A stretch of DNA of 64,000 nucleotides from Fistulifera solaris (Eukaryota), in NCBI GenBank assembly GCA_030295235.1, contig AP026164.1:434001-498000 (forward strand). Direction: 5' to 3'. A program made the translations under genes and the position numbers. Below are positions 11,951 to 24,546 of the stretch, piece by piece. The notes under the pieces were generated by a model, which was not told the DNA's origin, did not search any database, and saw only the letters and a list, made by a program, of their open reading frames with translations. Each line of letters begins with the position of its first letter. The first letter of the stretch is position 1.

Positions 11951-12861
11951 CTACAAAAGTCCCACACCTTTCAATTCTTGCTGAGCAATAACAAAAATTT
12001 GGCCGAGCCAAGCCACTTGTAGGACCGAAAGGCTGCTCAACGACACCAAGAAGAATTTTAACCATCCACGCCGTGTCTTGGTGCGAACATCATCGCCCTT
12101 CAATGCAAGCAGTACATCGCGGCTGAAATGATAGGAAAAGATAGGCCACAAAATGCATCGGCAAACAATAAATGCTACGACGAAGAACAGTCCAACGACC
12201 ACTTTGGTCATGGGAAATGCGTCGCCCAATCCTACGACACCGTGCTCATCATCGAAATTGGCCAAGACACAAAGGATAGCCGTAGAAACTTCCGAAATAC
12301 CGAAAAGAAAATCGCATAAAAGAGTCCGACACCGCTCGACATGCTGCCGTAGGCCGTGAAGATGCTAAAGACGTGATGAAAGATGAATTCGGGGCCGTCA
12401 TTCCAGGCGATCGTATCGACGAGGTTCTTCAGTTGATAGCCCAGGAAGATGAGAGCAACGCGGAAGGCTCCTGGATGGTAAGTGTACAGTCTCTGTTCGT
12501 GTCCGGCTGCAGGCATGGCGTGCTTGTGGCCGCGCAAAGCAGCCATGAGCGGCTCAAAAACCTCACGGGCTTGCCAGCCCGTCGCAGCGCAAAGCAGGCA
12601 CGACAGAGTGTCGACGCCCAAGTGACGGGCTAAGATCTGACGATTGACTTCATTCTCGAACAGTTCGTGAGCATCCCGATAAATCGCAAAGATGTAACGG
12701 CAGGTGTGTTCGACAGAGGTCAGAAAGAGAATCAACAAGGCTATGGTTAGGACACACGAACTGAGATTCGGCTTCTCGTTGCACTCGTGAAATGAGTCTA
12801 GAGACCACAGCACACGAAGAGACCGTTGCTGAAGTTGTTGTTGTTGTGTTGGTCGGCACAT
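11951..12861 (-). CDS. TLC (TRAM/LAG1/CLN8) domain membrane protein
   Basis: FLGYQLKNL, FIFHH, then after one indel at about 12303-12306 FGISEVST, FIVCRC and LQVAWL, which is the TLC motif order. Confidence 0.8.
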
Positions 12862-13149
12862 TTTTTCCTTTGTGCAAATCAAAAGGTCACGCGTTTTTCG
12901 TTGCAACGAAAAAAATGCGACGTATAATCGGAAGGTCGTGCCTTGACTGCGCCAATTTTTTGGCTGGCGTCTGGCGTCCGAGGTCCGAGCAGTCCTACGT
13001 TCAAAACAGTCACTGTGGCGAAGGTTGTACACGGTTCGCGTCCCAACCAAACACGCGAAAACGTCATCATGCCGTCTACTACTCTGGCTCTACTAAGTAC
13101 TGCTGCGACATCAGAAGATATGGTTCTACACGAGAACACTCTGCTATAG

Positions 13150-15072
13150 CTATAAATGCTCCAAGTAGCTCTCAAGGCGATCCGTTTGCTCCGACTTCTC
13201 TAAAACCGAAATGAACTCTTCCAGAGCATCTCGAATGAGGCCGATTCCTAGATTCTTTGCTTGAAGTTGCGATAAGATACGTTCGTGGCATCGCTTGCTT
13301 CCAGTACAGCAAAATGCTGCTATGGCCGATAGCCGGTGCCACAGATCACCGCCGCCTTTCAGCTTGGTCTCTAATGCCCCCAATTGTACTACGGCCTCGT
13401 CATCCATCGATTCCTCGGCATCCGAGCGAAAGAATTTATATTCCGCCAAACGTGCTTTCTGGTCGTACAGAATAATCTTTTCGACCAGTCGATCGCAGCG
13501 CTCAGTCTCCACGAACTTGGCCAATAATCGTTGCTTACTCTCATGCGGAGAACTGTCGTCCAAGTGTCGCGTAAGAGAATACAGAATACGGATCACCCAC
13601 TCTCCTGTCGTGCTATTCCATTCTCGTTTAGCCTTTTTTGAAGTCGCGGCGACGGGAGCCATCTGTGGCAGATTGTGTCCCACAAACATGGGAAACAAAT
13701 ATTTGAGTCCTCCGGATGCTACAATTTGTTCGCATAACAACTTGTGTACCGTCTTTGAACCATTGAAATCAAGGAGCTTTAAAGCTGCGCCGCCGGCATG
13801 TACTCGTTCCTTCAAGCAGCGGACAGCCAACTCAACGCCTTGTCTCTCCAAAAATGCTTGTGCATTTTGCTCACTATTCGCTAGAGCCAACGATAGAACG
13901 AGGCAAGCATTCTCAAGAGATTCTACTTCCTGGTCAGTTCCTGGTTGTTTCTTGCGAAAAAGTGCAATTACCTGCAGAAGCGCTTCAATTCCATCAATTT
14001 CTGCTGAAGACTTGTTCAAATCTTGTTTGATAACATCGCTTTCCTCGATAATTGAAGAAGAGTATGGTTTTATCCTACTCCAATCGGGGAAGACTGAATA
14101 CACATCTTCTCGGGTAGAAAGAAGAGCAAGAAGCTCCAGCGCCCTATCCTTCATCATGGTGCTGTCATTTATTTGTTGAAAGAGCCATGATACGAGAAGA
14201 GTCTCCTTACATATTGTTGCTGCCACTGACATTCCCGACGAGAGTAGATTGTTAACCTCTTCTGCAGATTGTTGCATCAAGAGATCCATTTCCATTAAAT
14301 TTTCTAATAAAGCCAAAATGTCTTCCACGCCTCTCCCTACTTGATCGTCCTCATCATTAGTGCTCTCCAAACGAGAAAGGTTACCGACGAGATACTCCGC
14401 ACCATCTTTTATTACAAGACTAACTACGGCTATGACTTGGGGAACAAGAGTGCCTTCGTCCTCGTCGACGAGCAGTGATGAGTCCAACCACTCCAGCAAG
14501 ACAGATACAACGGTGGTCACTACATCGGAGTTCTCGTGCAACAAGAGTTGCAGTAACGTCGAAACCAAATCGTGCTCTATCAGCGACGCATACAGTTTTG
14601 CTGGTTCTGCCGCAAACGATTTCAGCATGGCAATATTTTCGTAGAGAGCTATTTCGCTTTCCATATACTGAGAGGGATCATCGCTAAATTTGGCTCGTTG
14701 TATCTCGTTTGTTTGAATCGCCTTTTGCAGTGCCGCTGACGCTATTTTAACTCCTTTGGGTGAAAGATCCACTACTTTGGTATTGCTCGCCATTCCTTCC
14801 GCTTGTTCGAGCAATTCGGCTGCCGATACAATCACACGTGGCTCATTCCGATCTTCAGCGATTCTGACATCTTTGCGAGGCTTCTTCTTCGGCTGATCTT
14901 CCGTTTCTAGATAGTATCCAATACCTTGTGGACCAGAACTAAAGTAATATCCAGGCTTACTTCCTGCGAATTCAGCAGAGGGAATAAAATCAGAGCCACC
15001 GATCACAATCCGATCCATAGCATCGTCGACGGATGATGACAAAGGTCGCTTTGCACCCGCTTCGCTACTCAT
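13150..15072 (-). CDS. CTNNBL1: Beta-catenin-like protein 1 (spliceosomal Prp19-associated)
   Basis: NEIQRAKFSDDPSQYMESEIAL, LLLHENSD, DGIEALLQ, LENACLVL, FLERQGVEL, GGLKYLFPMF and RLLAKFVE. Confidence 0.88.
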   Translation of the reverse strand: MSSEAGAKRPLSSSVDDAMDRIVIGGSDFIPSAEFAGSKPGYYFSSGPQGIGYYLETEDQPKKKPRKDVRIAEDRNEPRVIVSAAELLEQAEGMASNTKVVDLSPKGVKIASAALQKAIQTNEIQRAKFSDDPSQYMESEIALYENIAMLKSFAAEPAKLYASLIEHDLVSTLLQLLLHENSDVVTTVVSVLLEWLDSSLLVDEDEGTLVPQVIAVVSLVIKDGAEYLVGNLSRLESTNDEDDQVGRGVEDILALLENLMEMDLLMQQSAEEVNNLLSSGMSVAATICKETLLVSWLFQQINDSTMMKDRALELLALLSTREDVYSVFPDWSRIKPYSSSIIEESDVIKQDLNKSSAEIDGIEALLQVIALFRKKQPGTDQEVESLENACLVLSLALANSEQNAQAFLERQGVELAVRCLKERVHAGGAALKLLDFNGSKTVHKLLCEQIVASGGLKYLFPMFVGHNLPQMAPVAATSKKAKREWNSTTGEWVIRILYSLTRHLDDSSPHESKQRLLAKFVETERCDRLVEKIILYDQKARLAEYKFFRSDAEESMDDEAVVQLGALETKLKGGGDLWHRLSAIAAFCCTGSKRCHERILSQLQAKNLGIGLIRDALEEFISVLEKSEQTDRLESYLEHL

Positions 15073-16340
15073 AATCCAAGCCAGCGTGTTGTCGCGACGT
15101 TTTAACGCTTTTGCTATCAAGAAATGGTACACAGGGGATTTTGTTCGAATGGATAATACATGAAACGCTCCCGAAATGTCAAACCGTGAAGGCGGCTTAT
15201 GCGGCGTCTCTTCCAGAAAACCGTGTCCCGTGTAAGTTGATAGTACCAGTAGAGTATCTGTGACTATGATGCTTATCACTCGCTGAGTCACGAATAATCA
15301 CAAACAGGGTTTAGTCTGTCCGTGCGTACACTACGACATATTATTAGCACGCTGCGACATCTCCTATACTCGAATACCGTTCCGATTTCTTCCACTTTGA
15401 AGGTCTAGTGGATTTAAAACGTCTTTCGGGGCCCAAAATAACAGTGCATACAAAGTAGCACAGGAGTTTTTCGGCCCGTTGCTTTTCACAATCATTTGTG
15501 CTTTTGAGCGACCTTCTTAAAAACATTCTACGATTTCCTTCTCAAAATTTTCTGCATTCATGATGGAGATAGTATTGCAAAGACGCCGACGAAAATTCTC
15601 GCAGAAATTCGGTTCAGTAAAGGGGTTTCTTCCATTTGTAAGAGGATAGGTTTGCTCGATGACTTTTGTCGCCGCAGAGTTTGATCCTTGATGTCGGCCG
15701 TGGCGGGAAAAACATAATCATCAGAGACGATTGATGCTTATCATTCTTAAGCAACTGCTCTGTAATCTTGCTATGAAGTCAGACACTGACGAGTTACCTG
15801 ACACGGAAGATATTGTCACAACGCTGCAATGCCTCGCCCCCGTTCAAAACATTTAAAGGGATCGATGGAGCCGCGCACGAAACGTATCAGCGCACGCAAC
15901 AACAAAGATAAATCGCATTTTGGGACAAGTTTGTCGCAAATCGGCTAGGTTGGGAGCGACGGCCGATGGATTGAAAGCGTGTGAAGTGTGTGATATGGCA
16001 ATGCACAATTGTGAGTTTTGCTCAATACCACAATCCATTTGAAGGAAAATGTATGCGTAACCCTATCTTACTAGAGTGAAAGAGCAGGATTGGATCATGG
16101 TGGGTTTAGCAAAGACACGATTCCTTCCTGACGACGCCCGACGGACAAATCAACATTGTAGTAGTCCAGATCAATAAGCGTTGGCTAAGGCGAGCTTGCG
16201 AGTGACTAAAATTTGGTTACTACTTGATAATGGTGGGCGATTACATTTCCCATGATTTTGTGTCAGAAAAACAGGAGATCGCCTGACCAAAATATTGCCC
16301 CTTGATCCAATTTCTGGTCGATTCAAGTCTTATCAAATAA

Positions 16341-18626
16341 TTATAACGATTTGAGCACTTTCGATATATTGCTGCTACTGTTGCCGCTGCGCTGCGAAAC
16401 AGAATCGCTATCTCTCTGCAAGGAAGTTTGATAATCTGTCAGCGGATCATTCAACGTGACGCTTGCGCTGGCATTCACAACTGGCGGTGGAGTCGGTACA
16501 GAGGACTTCGCATTAGATCTCATCAACAAGCTACGATACGCGTCGAAGCCACCTTTGCTGGTTCCACTGTTCAGTTTCTCGTCTGCTTCGCCGCCTTTGA
16601 CAAGTGTTTGGCGCTTTACTCGTTTCTTATTCAAATCTCGGACCAAATCTTTTACCAGCGACTGCAGATTTTCTCGTTCTTTGCGAAGTCGCGCGACTTC
16701 AGCACTTTCTCTACTAGGAACCATGACATCTGCTTCTGGGATGACTTCCAGTGAATCAACGCAAAGTGTTGTCGGATCGTAAGGATCGCTGTATCTGTTG
16801 AACGTCTGGATTTGGTTCTCGACTCGCCGGGCACGTGTGTCCTCTTTCTGGGGCTTTCCACCCCTCCTTGTCCAAGAAAACACTGGAGATTCGTCCATCA
16901 GATATGATGGAGCGGAAGATGCCAACGTATTCGGAGTGTCAGTTGTAGGATGAATGGGTGTTTCGGCTACGGCAGTCCCCTCCAAGGAAAGTCTAGCTTC
17001 AGCGCTGGACGCATCAAGACTTGACCGCAAATCGGTTTTCTGATCAGTATGATCCGCGTACGACGTTTCGTCGCGAGGAGGTATCATTGGTCGAAAAGTA
17101 GTTGGGGGTATATAAGCAGACGTTGAGCTTCGCTTTGCAACCTCCCCCTAGCACAGGATATTCCTCCGCGTCAGCAACACTAACACTCCATTCTCCGCTT
17201 CCTCTCGACACGCCAGACAGTGTGCTGGCATCATCCTTAGCTGACTCACGGGATGTAGAGCGAGTCCTCATAAGACTACTTTTCACAGATTGCGAGCTGT
17301 TCAGCGAAATACTCGAGGGAACCTTGGATGTACTGCCAGAAGTCAGGTGGCTACTATTGCGACTTTTCATACTTTTATTGACACTTTCCGTAACACTCAT
17401 CGCACTAGACAATCTTCCAACCACAATCTCGAGTGGTTTTGTGTGTTGTGTCATTTCTTCGGCTGTAATGTCATTCCGTTGTAGTATGCGTTTCAGATCG
17501 TTCACAGTCTTTGTAAGTTCTGCGTTTTCTTTTCAAGCTGAATCACTTGACGTGCAACAACTTCAGTGGACGTCAGCTTCTCATACTTCGCTTCGATCTC
17601 TTTCAGCCTGTTTATCTCTTCGGCAAGCCTAAAGTTTTCTTCATTGTGTTCTGCCAGCATGTACTCAAGTCTCTGTGCGCGCTGTTCGAGTTGATCCCAA
17701 GCAACCGGGCTCTTCTTCTTTTTTGCACGAGGATTGGCGACTTTCGTACCGTATCGCAAAGGTGCACTGCCCCCGCTCCCGGAATGGGACGCTGCAATGC
17801 TTTCTCGCGTCGCAATAGTGTAGTCATCCGCATCTGCTTGTGAGTCGTTCAAAACAGACTGCGAGTTGACACTAGCACCAGCGCTAGGCACTCGACCATG
17901 CTTCATTTTTAAAGTCATCTCTTTTCGCGCAAGCTTCCAAAATGAGGGACGTTTCAAAAGCATCTTCATAATGGCTTCCTTATGCTCCGTGTTGCCACCG
18001 CGACGACTCTGCACAATTTGCAGCGACGTACGTCCAAAAATATCCTGTTCCTCGGCAGCCTCTGGATACGCCATTAACAGAATGGAAACCGTTTGTGGTG
18101 ACGCTAGATGCCATAACGCTTCATGTAACGGCAGTTTGTTGTCATGATCTCGCTTTGTCGCGGCGTCAGGATATACTGTGACCAGTTTTCGAATCAAGTG
18201 TTCAAGATTTCCTCGATAAACGCTGTCTCTGTCTTTTACACGAGCAAGTTCTCCACAAGCCGTATGCAAAGGCATTTGCCGGAACGAAAACTGCACCGAA
18301 CTGTTGATTGTAATACTCGTTTTGATTGTTTCATCGTCGTCATCGTCGAGAGCGCGGATGGCCGAAACCCATGTGCTAGCTTCGTAAGGCGCTTTTCCGA
18401 GCCTCCGTAATGCTGACTCGTATTTCTGGTGCAATATCAAGCGCGAGAGGGTCGTGGGACTGTCATAAAAATCGACCTCGTCTTCTTTCACTTTCTTGGA
18501 AGTATTCTCAGAGCGGCGGGGCAGAAGAATACTACCGGATTCGTCTGAATAAGATCGACTATTATGTGCACGGTTCGACGAATTTTTCACGAAGTCAGGC
18601 TTTCTATGCTTACGAGAGTCCTCCAT
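16341..18626 (-). CDS. Large hypothetical protein with ankyrin-like N-terminal repeats, coiled coils and Ser-rich regions
   Basis: MPLHTAC, LPLHEAL and LLMAYPEAA...DIFGRT are ankyrin-like. Three ORF pieces join by indels at about 17530-17533 (LEKENAELTKTVNDLK) and about 17144-17148. Confidence 0.7.
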
Positions 18627-19261
18627 AGCATCTGATAAAAGTGGAAGTACGACAATTAGACTAGTCTTTAGTTACTTGATTTTGCTTTCAAATTCGTCCT
18701 CATTTGTCGCTTCGTCGCTTCATGGTCAAGATTCAAGTGTGGTTTATTCTCGCCGTCACGCAGCGACGAGCACGTGTGAAAAGTGAAGATAGAGCATGTG
18801 ATTTTCTCTCGAGGTACCGGTACCGGGTACATGGTGGTGGTAGACTATCCAAAAAATTGTAGAGAACCACAGCGACGAGGGACTTAATAATAAGAACCAG
18901 CGTTACTGTCACAAGAGCACTTTCGTGACTCACAAATTTAAAGTTTACAGTGCAGGTCCTGCTATCTATTGTAGAGTACACACGGCAGTAGGAGAAACGT
19001 AGCTCTAGGCTATCGATAACTGTGGATGGATTTGGACTTCGTACTTGGTAGCAACTAAGGGGCAAAGGGCGCAGTCCTAGTTCACCATTCACCAAGCAGC
19101 ACAAAGAAGAGCTACCGGTAGGTACCTGATACATTCATAGAGTAGTCAGGACTCAAAAAACACGGTTATTGATGTTGATGCTGACAAGGACGCCGCTAAA
19201 ACTGAAAGCTCCCATGTCTCTGTCGACGCTGCGAACAAAATTGTTATTTCCCCATGAACCA

Positions 19262-20822
19262 TCAACCTTCTCGACACCTGAGAAAAAAGAGAGCGCCTGC
19301 AGAACACACAAAATAGAATGCTGAAAGCCCCAGAACAACCGCATAAGCAAGCCAATCGTACGAATCGTTCTCGTTGTTGCTACCGCTAATCATGAACAGC
19401 AAAGGACCACCAATCATGGGCCCGAGGGCGGTGCCGACAAAGGCCGCAACCCCCATATTCCCAATAATTGTGCTCTGTCATTTCCTGATTCACGGGACAA
19501 CGTGTCTACGGCCAAACTGGTTTCCATCGTTAGGTAGATTCCGTTCCCGATGCCAAGAACCAAGCAGACATAAATCATGTCATGAACCGTCCGGGCCGAG
19601 ATCAAAGTCAGAGTCGCAACGGTAAGTATCAAGCAAGAGAAGTATACCAATGGCTTTCGCCGTCCTTTCCAACATCGATCGGAAATGAAGCCAGCAGGAT
19701 AGCATACAAGCGCTCCACTGAATTGACCCAAAATAGCCAATTGTGCTACCACATTCTGAGGATTGTTCTTGACGTGTATCATGTCGCGTAAAAAATACAA
19801 AAAGAATGTTTGAACAGAGCTGCCACAGTAGTAAAAAAAGCCTTGATATTGTTACGACGAAGAAGTCATGATGCCGGTCGACGTCCATCGTATAGGCTTG
19901 TAGCATGCTTCGCCAATTCAAGTCATAGACGGGCACTAGCATGCTTGCGAAAATTTGAGTTGGTGTGACCACAACAATATCTTTTGCCTGTTTAATCACG
20001 TGTTTAAGCCGAGGGGCTGAAATTCCTGTCGGTGAAGTATCTGCACGAAACTGTGGAGTGCCATTTTCTGCCCTCGCTAGGGTCGGCACTTATTCGATGG
20101 AACCCTCGCTGGCACGCCAATACGACATCTTTGTCGTTTCCGTACAACCCCGTTAAAATGCCAGCAATAATAACTATGCAGGTGTATAGACCGTACATGC
20201 TTTGCAAGTCTTCGGCTAGCACGGAATGAAATAGCCCAAACCCAAACAGCGAGCCTGTCACAATCTGAAAGGCCAGAATACCGTTGGCGACTCCCATTTG
20301 CGTCGAGAGAATCTGATCCGCCAAAATAGCCAGCATTATGGCGTACATGATGTTGAGTCCGACCATGGTAAAGCAGAAAGCGATACCGTAGCGGATCCAC
20401 AGATTGGCTGCTGCCGAGAACATTTGACCGATTAGTCCAAAAACTGTCAGGACAGAGCCCACGATATGGAAAGGAAGACGCTGTCCCACATCCGGAACCG
20501 GACGGTAGGTATCGCTGATTCGTCCAATGACGGGAGATATTAGTTGGGTGAGACCAGCGAGAGATACGAATAAGCCGAGGGCAATCGAAGAATGTGCATA
20601 CATGCGCTGGCATTCCAGTGGTAGCGTAATGAGAAAGAGAGTGGTCAAAATGCATCCATAGGCGAAAGCAGTTGATAGAATACAGGATATGGAGAGCAGC
20701 GGCATCTCAGAATCACTTGAAGGCGCTTGTTCCTCTAAGGAATCGTAGAGATTCGTTGCCGATAACACTAACGATTGTCTTTCGTCGGAAGCATTGTTTT
20801 GACGGTTTCCGTGAGGAGTCAT
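19262..20822 (-). CDS. Major facilitator superfamily transporter (SLC45/GPH-like)
   Basis: LISPVIGRISD...GQRLPF, AILADQI, AGFISDR...RRKP, LAVDTL and GTALGPMIGG. Four ORF pieces are joined by indels at about 20070, 19835 and 19452. Confidence 0.85.
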
Positions 20823-21251
20823 TCAACTGTTCCGCAAGCAGTCTCAGCTATTTCAAAATCCAATCTAAGAGTCCCTATGTGTACATGGACTGATTTAGAG
20901 AATAAACTGTGATATTGATAAATTATGAATCAAAATAAAACTTCAAGAGAGTTGATGGTTGGTGATTTTTTGTCCTAAAATGATTGATAATCGAAACAGT
21001 CGTATTAGAGAAAACAACGGCGTCTCGCTCTCGCCACTCGCCATCAGGTTCTGTTTTCTGTGCACGTGAAGACATCGCATTACCAGATTATCTGTGTGTG
21101 AAGAATGTATTGCCTGAATCATCAGATGATGACAGCCCCGTGTTCACTACCGGGAGGGTACCTGGTACTTGTATACAGCTGAAGTGTAGGTTGTCGGTAA
21201 CCACGACTGTATTTCAGTCATGAATCAGGCAAAAAGAAAAAAAGACGAAAC

Positions 21252-21278
21252 TACCAGGTGGTACCAGGGTACCAGGTA
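21252..21278. promoter_or_regulatory. Triple tandem TACCAGG motif in the divergent MFS/RAD1 promoter (putative)
   Basis: taccaggtg-gtaccaggg-taccaggta. The same motif recurs in many other intergenic regions. A regulatory function is inferred only. Confidence 0.4.
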
Positions 21279-21453
21279 AAAAAAGCATTAAAGCAATGCT
21301 GACTATCGATACTTTCAAACCTACCCTGGTATTCACAACTTGCCCATTACTTTTAAACACTACATAGAGGAGAGATATATTCGTTTTGGTCGTAGTTGAG
21401 AACTCGGTAATCGCGTCGTGAAAAGAAATCAGCACAAAATCGCATCGCCTCAA

Positions 21454-22950
21454 ATGCCTCGATCAACGGAATTTGTGTCGCCGTCCGCATCGCAACCCAC
21501 CGCCGAAACGGTGACACCGAATCCTCGCAAAGAAGATGAATGGTTGCTTATGTGTCGCTGTGAGTCAGCTCGAGCGGTCGTGACTTTATTGCAGTCGCTC
21601 GAATCAATCACCAAGACGCGCAAAGCCGTGCAGCCCGTGACCGTTTTTTGCAGCCCGAGTAATCTCACGTTTCACGTGCAAGGAGCGACGAAACAGCTCC
21701 AGGCTTCCATAGATATGCAAGCTACCATGTTTTCTGAGTATCGGGTACATGCGGATCACCGCGACGACGAAACGGAGGACTGGCAAGCAGGTGGCGAATT
21801 TTCGGTCAATCTGACTTCCATCCTGGAATGCTTGCAGCTTTTGGGAAACAACCCCGGAATTCAATTGACCTTGTCATATAACTTGAGGCATGAAGTACTT
21901 AAAATTGAGTTGTTGCAGGATACGGTTTTGTGCACGGCGGCTATCCCGGGAATGGATTTACCAGCCGATCATTCAAATCCCTCTTTGGTCAAAGCTTTTG
22001 GAGATTCTCCTATCACATCACGAATCATAATGATGTCGAATACATTGCAGCATATTACAACCGAATTACAACTCGTTTCGGGTGCCACTGTGGCTACGGT
22101 TTCCTTGACAGAGAACGAAGGGTGGGTGGTGGCCGTGGTTGGACATTTAGGTGAATGTCTCTTGTCTATTCCTGCGTACGGGAGCCACGTCATTAATCTC
22201 GAGATCAATGACCCACATCATTCGTGCTATTCCTACCCGCTGTCATCGCTTCTGGCTAGTCTGAAAGGGTTGGATATTGCGCAAGAAACTTGTATCACAA
22301 TCAATTCTATAGGGATGATGGCTATACAGCATCAAATTCTCGACCCTTCGGTGGGTGGTGAGAGTCCGAGTTTCATTGATTTTATTCTTTGCAGCTTGAA
22401 GGATGATGACGAAAATAATGACGAAGAATCTCGTCGGTCCTTATTCTCCCGGCCGTTGAGCCAAGGATCGCCCATGCAACACAGCCAACGATTGGTTGAT
22501 CTTCACGATGATGAGTATACCGAACGATCGCGGGCTTCCCAGAGTAGACGGAGCACGACCGATAAGCGTATTCCCATACAATCGATAAGTCAAGGCGCTG
22601 CTCAGAGCGCTGGTGGTAGTCAATCACCGTCGTCTCATGGAAGTGCGAATGCTCCTTCGCCACAAAAGGAATGGTGGGATGAATCCGAGGACGATGGTGG
22701 CGGCACCGGGAGAAGCAAGCAGCAGAAACGAAGTCTATTCGACCGTCCCAAGCAACGTCCTCGACAGCTTAGTCCTCCATCGAGACGCAACCGATCGTCT
22801 CCGAATCGGCTCGAGAGTGGGGCCAGGCACAGCGATAGTGACGACGAAGACGATATTGAGATGCTAGATATTACCGCCGCAGCATCGCCACAACCAGCCA
22901 TCCGTGACGAGGAATGTTCCTCTCCCGAGCTATTATACGGGAAAAGCTAG
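21454..22950 (+). CDS. RAD1: 9-1-1 checkpoint clamp subunit Rad1 (Rad1/Rec1/Rad17 family) with a long disordered C-tail
   Basis: PCNA-fold pattern: KQLQASIDMQATMFSEY, FSVNLTSILECLQLL, GHLGECLLSIP, YSYPLSSL..SLKGL and TCITINSIGMMAIQHQI. Confidence 0.8.
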   Translation: MPRSTEFVSPSASQPTAETVTPNPRKEDEWLLMCRCESARAVVTLLQSLESITKTRKAVQPVTVFCSPSNLTFHVQGATKQLQASIDMQATMFSEYRVHADHRDDETEDWQAGGEFSVNLTSILECLQLLGNNPGIQLTLSYNLRHEVLKIELLQDTVLCTAAIPGMDLPADHSNPSLVKAFGDSPITSRIIMMSNTLQHITTELQLVSGATVATVSLTENEGWVVAVVGHLGECLLSIPAYGSHVINLEINDPHHSCYSYPLSSLLASLKGLDIAQETCITINSIGMMAIQHQILDPSVGGESPSFIDFILCSLKDDDENNDEESRRSLFSRPLSQGSPMQHSQRLVDLHDDEYTERSRASQSRRSTTDKRIPIQSISQGAAQSAGGSQSPSSHGSANAPSPQKEWWDESEDDGGGTGRSKQQKRSLFDRPKQRPRQLSPPSRRNRSSPNRLESGARHSDSDDEDDIEMLDITAAASPQPAIRDEECSSPELLYGKS

Positions 22951-23399
22951 TTGCTGCTAATCGTAGTGTAACTATGGCACGTGATATCTCCTACTCAACT
23001 TGTACTTAGTATTTACACGATGTAGATAAAAGCGCGCCGCAGGAAACGGCAAGGCTTTTGACATTGCAAAGACAGGTATATGGAAGCTTTGTCGACAATT
23101 ACATTTGTTCATGGCTGACGATGACAAGTAATCCCGTGACGCATGTACCGGCAACGAAATTAGGAACACCAGCCAGCGCCGTTATTTGTGTGACTATTGC
23201 TTCGTCTTATCGGGGCACGATGGGCGCAGATCAGCCCTGGGATGGAACAATGTGCAAGATGAGTTCTCTTCACCCCAACTGACGGTGCTGTCAACCGTTT
23301 CTTCATAAAATAACTGAAGACGTTCAAATTTCCCCCATGCTTTGTGCCCAAGCCAAATTCACCGTAACTGATGCAAAAATTCTCTGTCGGAGTCATCTT

Positions 23400-24331
23400 T
23401 TAATCGAGTTCGATTATCAAGTTCCCTCTCGATGGCCCACCTTTGATCGGCATGCCTAGATCTGGTACAGTTATCTTGTTATGCCCCTTACGTTTCTGGA
23501 TTTTCCTTGACCAAAGTGAGCCGTCAAGAAGTGTGATTGTCAAGTGCGAGTCTTTCGGTGGTACTTTGGAGCGATAGATCAAATCATCTCCTTTTCGAAC
23601 AAATTTTGGGTGTTTCTTTTCTTTCACAACAAAGCTAATTTCAGGGAAACGACTTTTGGCAGGAAACGTTATCTTTGTCCCTGCCTTCCATCCCGGCTTC
23701 AATTGAATCTCGTACACCCTAGAGCCGACTCCCGGAAAATTAACTTTTAGCTTCTTCGTTGCCCCAAAAACAGCTCTTCGAGTGAACAGTCTATCGACCG
23801 CTCGTAAGCCTGTTGCTTGAACCGCGTCCCTCTTGAACCTCGACCAGCGAACGTGGACTCGCGGAACATCGACCCTCCCATCATTTGACGTAAAATTTCA
23901 TCGAGTAGAGGGTCGGCACTCATACCACTTGCGGAGTCTCTGCCAAAGGTAAACGGCATTGAGTTGCCGCCAAAGGCGGAGAACTGTGGATTTCCACCTT
24001 GGCGGAAAGCGCTTCCATAGTTCGGTCCTGTCCGTTGTGAAGGGTCCACAGCGGCTTCACCGAACTGATCGTACAATTTTCGTTTCTCCGGATCGGCAAG
24101 GGTCTCATAAGCCTTTGATATTTCTTTAAATTTCTCTTCATCGCCTCCTTTATCTGGATGATACTTCAAGGCAGCCTTTCGATAAGCTTTCTTTATTTCA
24201 TCCGCTGTCGCAGTCTCCGGAACACCAAGAACCTTGTAAGGGGTCGTCGATGACGTATGACGTCGTGCCGCATGGACTGTCGCCGAAATTAGAAAAAAAA
24301 GCAATAAAGAAAGGCGTTTGATTGCTCGCAT
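23400..24331 (-). CDS. DnaJ/Hsp40 class II co-chaperone with signal peptide
   Basis: Signal peptide, J-domain with HPD (KYHPDKGGD), G/F region, CSLEELF, then after one indel at about 23762-23765 [24 protein letters not shown] and GMPIK..RGNLIIE. Confidence 0.9.
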
Positions 24332-24546
24332 GGTGAAACGCGGGATTGTTGTTTATTGGTTAAAAGAGTGGCATGGAATAATATGGCTTTTATTGTTGTT
24401 GTTTTCGTTGAAAAAGGTTTGTATGGATTGAATGGCGATGGCTTAACATTACAATTTACAATGAAGAATGAAGAAGTTCTTGAAGTAGGCAAACAGTTTC
24501 GGTATTTAACTTATACCCGACGTAACGGTACCAAACACTTTGTGCC

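Noticed and set aside
13295..14179. 294-aa plus-strand ORF and many similar antisense ORFs (for example 37172-37960 and 45799-46344)
   Set aside because: These are antisense shadows of well-supported genes, with no motifs of their own.
15676..15688. AGAGTTTGATCCT, matching the 5' end of bacterial 16S rRNA
   Set aside because: Only 13 nt match and the downstream sequence is not rRNA-like, so this is chance.
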